Shown here: piece after piece, positions 1 to 4,844 of the stretch
Position numbering within the stretch: position 1 is the first letter of the stretch
Layout of the letters: each line of letters begins with the position of its first letter
Assembly (NCBI RefSeq): GCF_035285525.1
Contig: NZ_JAYKGW010000093.1
Span: forward strand, 1-6,022
Source of the DNA: Okeania sp.
Lineage (GTDB): Bacteria; Cyanobacteriota; Cyanobacteriia; Cyanobacteriales; Microcoleaceae
Length of the DNA stretch: 6,022 bases
Direction: 5' to 3'
The notes under the pieces: generated by a model
Database searches by the model: none
The model's input: only the letters and a program-made list of their open reading frames with translations
What the model was told of the DNA's origin: nothing
Translations under genes and position numbers: made by a program

Positions 1-323
1 GTGGCTTTCCGTCGAGAAACGAGAAACGCCACACCCAAAGGCACAGCAGTCATGGCATCCCCGATGTTGTGAATCAGATCGGCCAGGAGAGCGACACTGC
101 CAGAAAGCCAGAATACCCCTGCCTGTAAGACAGCAGTGATTAGCAAACCCACCAGGGACCATTTGACTGCCCAGATGCCTCGCTCCGAGCTAGCGATTTC
201 GGGGTCTATTATTCCGTGGGCATGGGTATGACCATCACCACCATGATGGTGATGGTGTTTGACATCAGGTGTGGTGAGTTTAGGGACATCATTGGTCGGG
301 ATCGATGTAGGAAGTTGGGTCAT
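1..323 (-). CDS. Cation diffusion facilitator (CDF) family divalent-metal efflux transporter, N-terminal portion only; the gene continues past the left edge of the window
   Basis: My reverse-strand translation from the ATG at 323-321 stays open to position 1: MTQLPTSIPTNDVPKLTTPDVKHHHHHGGDGHTHAHGIIDPEIASSERGIWAVKWSLVGLLITAVLQAGVFWLSGSVALLADLIHNIGDAMTAVPLGVAFLVSRRKA... It has a His-rich cytoplasmic N-terminus followed by TM1/TM2. The CDF signature SxALLADxxHxxxD (HxxxD metal site A of Zn/Co/Cd-type CDFs) is present. The ORF is absent from the supplied track, presumably because it is truncated by the window edge. Confidence 0.85.
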   Translation of the reverse strand, partial: MTQLPTSIPTNDVPKLTTPDVKHHHHHGGDGHTHAHGIIDPEIASSERGIWAVKWSLVGLLITAVLQAGVFWLSGSVALLADLIHNIGDAMTAVPLGVAFLVSRRKA

Positions 324-368
324 TTCTGTTATCAGTGTCAAAAAAATTCTTAGTTATAACTTACCCAA

Positions 369-383
369 AGAAACCAGGTTTCT
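369..383. promoter_or_regulatory. Perfect 7-1-7 palindrome AGAAACC-A-GGTTTCT, 46-60 nt upstream of the CDF start codon; candidate operator
   Basis: The palindrome is read directly. On the minus strand it lies just upstream of a TATAAC -10-like hexamer (358-353), roughly where a -35 region or repressor site would sit. No regulator family can be assigned from sequence alone. Confidence 0.2.
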
Positions 384-442
384 AGGATAAATCGTTGTTT
401 TGAGCAGTAATAATCTACCCTCGTACCGGGTTTCTGGATTCA

Positions 443-457
443 TCTGCGTAAGTCCTG
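443..457 (+). repeat. Solo copy of the 15-nt motif TCTGCGTAAGTCCTG, identical to the right arm of the 1005-1110 palindromic element
   Basis: There is an exact 15/15 match between 443-457 and 1089-1103. The reverse complement with one mismatch occurs at 1010-1024. Confidence 0.6.
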
Positions 458-459
458 TT

Positions 460-760
460 AGTTTATGACTAACTAAATTTTATCAAGCAAATTATTTTTG
501 TTCTCGTATATTGAAGTTTATTCAAATGTTTTAAGTATACTAAAAATCTCAAAAAAATCAAGTAGAAAAAAGTTAATTTATATTAAAAACAAACAAGTTA
601 AAATCAAAAAAATGATTATATATTTTTTCAGATTTTTTAAATCTATAAACAATATAAAGATTTGATAAATTATCATCATTATATTGAATTAGTTTTCAAG
701 ATTGTATAAGTAATAATTTATATAGAAGCCGTTTGAACATTTGTAAATGCGACGATAGAA
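460..760. other. Extremely AT-rich ORF-free tract with many A5-7/T6 runs
   Basis: I counted 9 G+C in the 60 nt at 541-600. Runs of A5-A7 occur at 542-546, 551-557, 566-571, 585-589 and 606-612, followed by T6 runs at 624-629 and 634-639. The six-frame track shows no ORF of 60 aa or more here. Confidence 0.7.
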
Positions 761-790
761 AGCAATCTCAGAGGTGTACAGAGATTGCTT
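760..790. other. 10-bp perfect stem-loop (AAGCAATCTC / GAGATTGCTT, 11-nt loop containing TGTACA) at the edge of the AT-rich tract
   Basis: Positions 760-769 pair perfectly with 781-790. The flanks are not clearly U-rich on either strand, so terminator function is unproven. Confidence 0.35.
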
Positions 791-1004
791 CTTTCCACTC
801 CATTCCAGTGGCAATGACTTGGGTATAGTAATTATCCTGGTTTTATATTATCACCCTAAACCCCTCTTAATTAAGGGTAAATTTATGTTGTATTTTTCTC
901 CTAGAAAAAGGAGGATATCTATCAAAATTTTCAAATATTCTCTTAACTATAAAATTTGCAAAAAATTAACTTTATTGACAATTACTTAAGTAGTGGGCTA
1001 AATA

Positions 1005-1110
1005 ATTAAATCAGGACTTATGCAAAATAGTAAAGGGTACACCATTTGTAGGAGAAAATTTCGATTTTTCCCTACTAGCTATGGTGATTCTGCGTAAGTC
1101 CTGATTTAGT
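1005..1110. repeat. ~100-bp long imperfect palindrome (MITE-like or structured-RNA-like element) with 17-nt terminal inverted repeats
   Basis: AAATCAGGACTTATGCA (1008-1024) pairs with TGCGTAAGTCCTGATTT (1091-1107). All 17 positions pair if T1021:G1094 is counted as a wobble. Nested inner pairs are CACCAT 1040-1045 with ATGGTG 1081-1086, GTAGG 1048-1052 with CCTAC 1071-1075, and an A/T stem around the loop TTCG 1060-1063. Confidence 0.6.
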
Positions 1111-1119
1111 AATGAGTGG

Positions 1120-1217
1120 TAACCCAACCTTCCAGATTGTTACAGCAAACGAAGGCTGTGCTACATTTTTCCTAACCCAACCTTCCAGATTGTTACAGCA
1201 AACGAAGGCTGTGTTAC
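1120..1217. repeat. Two tandem direct repeats of 45 nt (44/45 identical) with a 53-bp period, 49 nt downstream of the FGE stop codon
   Basis: Copy 1 (1120-1164) is TAACCCAACCTTCCAGATTGTTACAGCAAACGAAGGCTGTGCTAC. Copy 2 (1173-1217) is identical except C1161 versus T1214. Both share the 10-mer AACCCAACCT with the termini of the 2320-2430 element. Confidence 0.85.
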
Positions 1218-1265
1218 GCTTGATAGTGTACCTTATCATCCTCAAAAGTTCTGTAATTATATTAG

Positions 1266-2279
1266 TTAACCCAAATTTTTCACAAGCCGAAAACCAATAT
1301 GTGTTGTTCCCGTATCCGGTGACTGGGACTCCCGTGCAGCCGGACGATATCGACTACAATAGTTGGGCGCACAGAGGTGAGAACCACCCTTAATAACGTG
1401 TACCGCACCCTCAGCAGGTTTTTTGGGGTCAAAACTTTCGGCTTGGCTAGGACCTTCTGGATTAACGCTATGAGCCATATTCTTGCGTTCCACCCGATAC
1501 CAGTCCGCTGTCCATTCCCAAACATTACCAGTCATGTCATACAAACCATAACCATTCGCTGAGAACGAACCAACGGGAGCAGTTCCTAAGTAGCCGTCTG
1601 CTTTGGTATTGAAAAACGGAAAAAATCCTTGCCAGGTGTTGGCTTTTTTGGCAGAATATTCTTGACCCCAGGTGTAAGTAGATTCTTTTAAACCGCCTCT
1701 GGCAGCATATTCCCATTGAGCTTCCGTGGGTAATTGTTTTCCTGCCCACTTGGCGTAGGCTAAAGCGTCTTCGTAGGCAATATGAACAACGGGATAATTT
1801 TCCTTCCCGTTAATATTGGTATCAGGGCCGTAAGGATGTTGCCAGTTTGCCCCCGGAACCCAATGCCACCAACTCAGATAAGCGACTTGTTGAAACCCTT
1901 CTGTGGGAGGCTGGAAAACCAGGGAACCAGGCGATCGCTGTTCATCAGGTAAGTCAGGAAAATGTGATTTTGATAGAGGAAGTTCGGCGACAGTAACGTA
2001 ACCTGTATCTTCTACAAACTTGGTAAACTGGGCGTTAGTGATTTCGTGGGAGTCAATGCAAAATGAACTGACAGTCACATCTGCAACAGATAGTTCTTCG
2101 ATAAATTCTGGTTTCTCTGACCCCATTTTGAACTCCCCTCCGGAAATGAAAACCATATTTTGGGGACAAGTTGAAGAGGATGCAGCCAACGCATTCAAAT
2201 TAAAAATAGTAACAGTTAGAATAAAAACACTAAAAACAATAAAGAGTTTGGGAATATAATTTTGAGAATTATTGATCAT
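1266..2279 (-). CDS. Formylglycine-generating enzyme (FGE/SUMF1 family, sulfatase-modifying factor), apparently with an N-terminal signal peptide
   Basis: The 337-aa ORF carries FGE family blocks: FCIDSHEITNAQFTKFVEDTGYVTVAE, WHWVPGANWQHPYGP, PVVHIAYEDALAYAKWAGKQLPTEAQWEYAARGG, NTWQGFFP and GLYDMTGNVWEWTADWY. It also has the catalytic Cys pair motif GGSHLCAPNYCSRYRPAARE (compare human FGE C336/C341, C-x4-C-xRYRxAAR). The N-terminus MINNSQNYIPKLFIVFSVFILTVTIFNLNALA/ASS resembles a Sec signal. An alternative start at Met42 (2156) would remove it. Confidence 0.93.
   Translation of the reverse strand: MINNSQNYIPKLFIVFSVFILTVTIFNLNALAASSSTCPQNMVFISGGEFKMGSEKPEFIEELSVADVTVSSFCIDSHEITNAQFTKFVEDTGYVTVAELPLSKSHFPDLPDEQRSPGSLVFQPPTEGFQQVAYLSWWHWVPGANWQHPYGPDTNINGKENYPVVHIAYEDALAYAKWAGKQLPTEAQWEYAARGGLKESTYTWGQEYSAKKANTWQGFFPFFNTKADGYLGTAPVGSFSANGYGLYDMTGNVWEWTADWYRVERKNMAHSVNPEGPSQAESFDPKKPAEGAVHVIKGGSHLCAPNYCSRYRPAARESQSPDTGTTHIGFRLVKNLG
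1931..1938. repeat. HIP1 highly iterated palindrome GCGATCGC (taxonomic marker of cyanobacteria)
   Basis: An exact octamer lies inside the FGE coding region. There is only a single copy, so the support is modest. Confidence 0.6.
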
Positions 2280-2319
2280 GTTGATTGAGAGTTAAGTGAT
2301 TTTGGGATGAGTAGCTATC

Positions 2320-2430
2320 GTAGGTTGGGTTTCGTTCCTTAACCCAACACCCCCATCACCAACCGCTAAAATCTAATTGGTTGAGCCGAGGAAACCAATG
2401 TTGGGTTTCCTGTTGGTCAACCCAACCTAC
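2320..2430. repeat. 111-bp palindromic dispersed-repeat element (MITE-like) occupying the sulfatase-FGE intergenic spacer
   Basis: The terminal inverted repeats are GTAGGTTGGG (2320-2329) and CCCAACCTAC (2421-2430). Internal hairpins are GTTGGGTT-N9-AACCCAAC (2324-2348), TTGGTT-N10-AACCAA (2378-2399) and GTTGGGTT-N11-AACCCAAC (2400-2426). The motif ATGTTGGGTTTC...CAACCCAACCTAC is one I recognise as a common Nostocales dispersed repeat. Confidence 0.7.
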
Positions 2431-2466
2431 AATTACTACACTTACTAATCTGACCAATGTTCAGAG

Positions 2467-4224
2467 CTAGTCAGCCGTACTCACGTTAATCTCATCAACA
2501 ATATCTTCAATGATTTTGTCAGGATCGGAGCTAAAGGGAGGTTGACTCGGCGGATAATTGTCAAAGGTACTCAGATACTTCTGCACAAGACCAATAGCTG
2601 GCGTTAGCAAGAACTGTCGGCGAGAATACCAATCGTTGTAGTTATTGGAGTCTGTATCTGCCCGTTCATAAGGATCGCGACGTAGGTTAAATAGTTTGGG
2701 TAGACGCAACTTGACAAAAGGCTCTCGCCAAACATCGTAATAGTGTGCCCGTTGTTCTGCAAATACCACTTTCCAGTCCCCAAGGCGAACTCCTGGTAGT
2801 TGACCTTCATCGTTGAAGTAGATGAAGCCAGGACGCTTTCCAGGTTGCTCTTCAGGATTTGTCAAATAAGACAGTTGATTGAACCCATCGAGATAGGTTC
2901 CACAGAACTTGGTGGGTTCATCTTTACCACCGAAGAGTCCACCCCCGAAGAGTCCACTGCCATCTTCACAAGACAACTTCAGGGCATTTTTAAGGGTTAC
3001 GTCTTTTTCTTCTGATTCTAATTTCTTGACAAGGTCTTGATTCTGTTTGAGGTATTCATCCACACCCGCTGCCGCCATCAGGGTTGGTACCCAGTCTAAG
3101 TGAGAGAAAATTTCGTGGGAAACAGTTCCTGCCGGAATATGGCCAGGCCAACGTATCAAAGCCGGAACGCGATAACCAGCTTCCCAGTTGGTGTTCTTCT
3201 CCCCTCGGAAAGGACTCAAGCCACCATCAGGCCACATATTATAATGAGGGCCGTTGTCAGTGGTATAGATAACAATGGTATTATCTGCAATGCCTAAATT
3301 GTCAAGGAAATCCAGCAACTCACCCACATGACCGTCATGCTCTAACATACCATCGCCGTAGAATCCCTGGCCACTAATGCCCTCTACATCATCACTAATG
3401 TGGGTATAGAAGTGCATCCGAGTTGAGTTGAACCAAGTAAAGAAAGGTTGGTTGTTGAGAGCCGATTTTGCGATAAACTGCTTAGTTCGATCAAGAAATT
3501 CTCGATCAACAGTCTTCATCCGCTCAATATTCAGTGGTCCGGTGTCCTCGCAGGTTTGCTTGCCCAAAGAACCGAAGCGACCAAGTTTATCTCCAGGCGC
3601 GAGATTTTCATCATAGACATTTGATGCCTTGCAGTCGAGAACTCCGCGAGGACCGATGGTATTGGCAAATATGCCATTTGGTCCGCCTGGATAATCAGGA
3701 TTTTCTGGCTCTTCTTCCGCATTCAAGTGATAGAGGTTGCCAAAAAATTCGTCAAAGCCATGAACTGTCGGTAGAAACTTGTTCAGGTCTCCCAAATGGT
3801 TTTTACCAAATTGTGCTGTGGTGTAGCCCAAAGGCTTCAACATTTCTGCCAAGGTGGGGTCTCCATCCTGAATACCAAACGGCGCTCCAGGGAAACCAAC
3901 TTTTAGTAAGCCAGTCCGCAAGCCACTTTGTCCAGTGATAAATGCAGCGCGACCAGCAGTACAGCTTTGTTCCGCGTAGTAGTCGGTGAAAAGCATTCCT
4001 TCGTTGGCAATGCGATCGATATTAGGGGTATCGTAACCCACAATACCTTTTTCATAGGCACTAATATTTGTCCAGCCAATATCATCGCCCATAATCACCA
4101 GGATATTAGGTCTAGTCGTTTCTTGAGCAAAAGCTGGAGCTGTTGGGAACCAAGGTAATATCCCTGACAGCAGAAGCAATAGGGACATCGCCATAGCGAT
4201 ACCCATTTTCATACAACGAATCAT
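2467..4224 (-). CDS. Secreted arylsulfatase-family enzyme (type I, formylglycine-dependent sulfatase)
   Basis: The 585-aa ORF has a Sec-type signal peptide MIRCMKMGIAMAMSLLLLLSGILPWFPTAPAFA/QE. It carries the metal-binding block ILVIMGDDIGW and the FGly motif SCTAGRAAFITGQ, which fits (C/S)-x-(P/A)-x-R. Further sulfatase blocks are GKNHLGD, VIYTTDNGPH and GEKNTNWEAGYRVPALIRWPG. An AAGGAG Shine-Dalgarno lies 9 nt upstream of the ATG at 4224. Confidence 0.95.
   Translation of the reverse strand: MIRCMKMGIAMAMSLLLLLSGILPWFPTAPAFAQETTRPNILVIMGDDIGWTNISAYEKGIVGYDTPNIDRIANEGMLFTDYYAEQSCTAGRAAFITGQSGLRTGLLKVGFPGAPFGIQDGDPTLAEMLKPLGYTTAQFGKNHLGDLNKFLPTVHGFDEFFGNLYHLNAEEEPENPDYPGGPNGIFANTIGPRGVLDCKASNVYDENLAPGDKLGRFGSLGKQTCEDTGPLNIERMKTVDREFLDRTKQFIAKSALNNQPFFTWFNSTRMHFYTHISDDVEGISGQGFYGDGMLEHDGHVGELLDFLDNLGIADNTIVIYTTDNGPHYNMWPDGGLSPFRGEKNTNWEAGYRVPALIRWPGHIPAGTVSHEIFSHLDWVPTLMAAAGVDEYLKQNQDLVKKLESEEKDVTLKNALKLSCEDGSGLFGGGLFGGKDEPTKFCGTYLDGFNQLSYLTNPEEQPGKRPGFIYFNDEGQLPGVRLGDWKVVFAEQRAHYYDVWREPFVKLRLPKLFNLRRDPYERADTDSNNYNDWYSRRQFLLTPAIGLVQKYLSTFDNYPPSQPPFSSDPDKIIEDIVDEINVSTAD
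2926..2955 (-). repeat. In-frame 15-bp tandem duplication inside the sulfatase gene, encoding GLFGG-GLFGG
   Basis: The plus-strand units are ACCACCGAAGAGTCC (2926-2940) and ACCCCCGAAGAGTCC (2941-2955), 14/15 identical. The minus-strand translation is ...DGSGLFGGGLFGGKDE... Confidence 0.9.
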
Positions 4225-4233
4225 GAAAATAAT

Positions 4234-4239
4234 CTCCTT
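4234..4239 (-). promoter_or_regulatory. Shine-Dalgarno sequence (AAGGAG) of the sulfatase gene
   Basis: Plus-strand CTCCTT at 4234-4239 is AAGGAG on the minus strand, with a 9-nt spacer to the ATG at 4224. This supports the longest start rather than the internal Met5 or Met7. Confidence 0.7.
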
Positions 4240-4278
4240 AATTAATTTTCAGGTAGCTGCAAAAACTAATTTCACAGT

Positions 4279-4320
4279 TCAAGGAATCAAAAGCCAGCTA
4301 TCAGCTTTGAGCAACCTTGA
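4279..4320. promoter_or_regulatory. 42-bp imperfect nested palindrome 55-96 nt upstream of the sulfatase start; candidate operator or 5'-UTR hairpin
   Basis: TCAAGG (4279-4284) pairs with CCTTGA (4315-4320). The inner pair is AAAGC (4290-4294) with GCTTT (4304-4308), around the core AGCT-ATC-AGCT (4296-4306). Function is inferred from position only. Confidence 0.25.
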
Positions 4321-4844
4321 CTGAATTAAACACCCTTGTATTGATTGATCGGATTAGGATGGGTCATAAGTTACTCTGTAGCAAAACACAGTAATTTGAA
4401 GACGCGATTACTATCCTAGTGGTAATCTATCACTTTGAATAACCAAAAATTCCAACTTTTTAAAATATAATAATAACTAATTCATCCGCTAAAAAAATAC
4501 TTTTTGCTTATAATAGGTTTCATTATTTTTTATTAAGAATTACGCAAAATATCTTATTATTAAATCTTGATTAAAATATAACTAAAATTTTTTTATGAGT
4601 TATAATTGCATAATTTAAGAGGCATTTAAGAGTATTTTTAATGTCATTTTCAGGCCATAAACAATTTTTTTTGTCCAAGAGACATCCCCAGCAAAATATT
4701 TTATTCCCCTTATTATTAGTAATGTTCTTTTGTGAAATTGGTATTACACACCATCTATAAAAGGCAAATGGCTATTCGGTTCTACAGATGGTATTTTGAC
4801 GCAAGTTGTGTTATCAATGGAATGTTGCAAAAAGAACTTTGTTG

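Noticed and set aside
229-261. The His5 run (HHHHH) could be an engineered affinity tag or vector-derived sequence
   Set aside because: It is embedded in a longer natural His/Gly/Asp-rich segment (KHHHHHGGDGHTHAHG), encoded with mixed CAC/CAT codons. It lies upstream of a native CDF TM1, and such tails are common in CDF transporters. No vector-like flanks are present.
460-760. The AT-rich tract as a replication origin or phage attachment site
   Set aside because: I saw no DnaA-box clusters (TTATCCACA-like). There is no adjacent dnaA or dnaN, integrase or tRNA gene in the window.
774-989. 71-aa GTG-initiated ORF in the long spacer
   Set aside because: The product is low-complexity and rich in K, I, L and Y, typical of random AT-rich translation. 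There is no SD and no recognisable motif. I kept the region as a non-coding oddity instead.
1120-1217. Possible mini-CRISPR array (two identical direct repeats)
   Set aside because: There are only two copies. The repeats are 45 nt and separated by just 8 nt, so there is no spacer-sized unique segment. No cas genes or leader are present. The repeat shares its core with local dispersed palindromic elements.
1112-1393. 93-aa plus-strand ORF spanning the tandem repeats and the FGE 3' end
   Set aside because: It overlaps the strongly supported FGE gene on the opposite strand. The 53-bp repeat period shifts frame, so the two copies translate differently. No homology-like motifs are present.
1280-2259. 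Track ORFs 1280-1525(-), 1377-1562(+), 1537-1749(-) and 2020-2259(+)
   Set aside because: They are alternative-frame or antisense shadows within the FGE gene. Their Arg/Leu/Ser-rich products have no motifs.
2398-2430. Mini-ORF ATGTTGGGTTTCCTGTTGGTCAACCCAACCTAC (MLGFLLVNPTY...)
   Set aside because: It is the translated face of the dispersed palindromic repeat. Such pseudo-ORFs are repeat artefacts, not genes.
3534-3938. 134-aa plus-strand ORF, together with other track ORFs at 2604-2810, 2800-3015, 3084-3297, 3428-3722 and 3903-4158
   Set aside because: All lie inside the sulfatase gene, either antisense or in alternative frames. They are shadow ORFs with no recognisable domains, and the sulfatase frame explains the whole open region.
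3952-3966. The CTAGR motif deviates from the textbook CxPxR, raising the possibility of an inactive sulfatase
   Set aside because: The accepted extended consensus is (C/S)-x-(P/A)-x-R. The downstream AAFITG auxiliary motif and all metal and catalytic blocks are intact.
4806-4844. TTG start (MCYQWNVAKRTLL...) for the AraC regulator, as in the ORF track
   Set aside because: TTG is a rare initiator with no SD. The first ATG at 4845 gives a plausible N-terminus and a stop/start overlap with an upstream small ORF. The TTG start is not excluded, and the true start needs experimental or comparative evidence.
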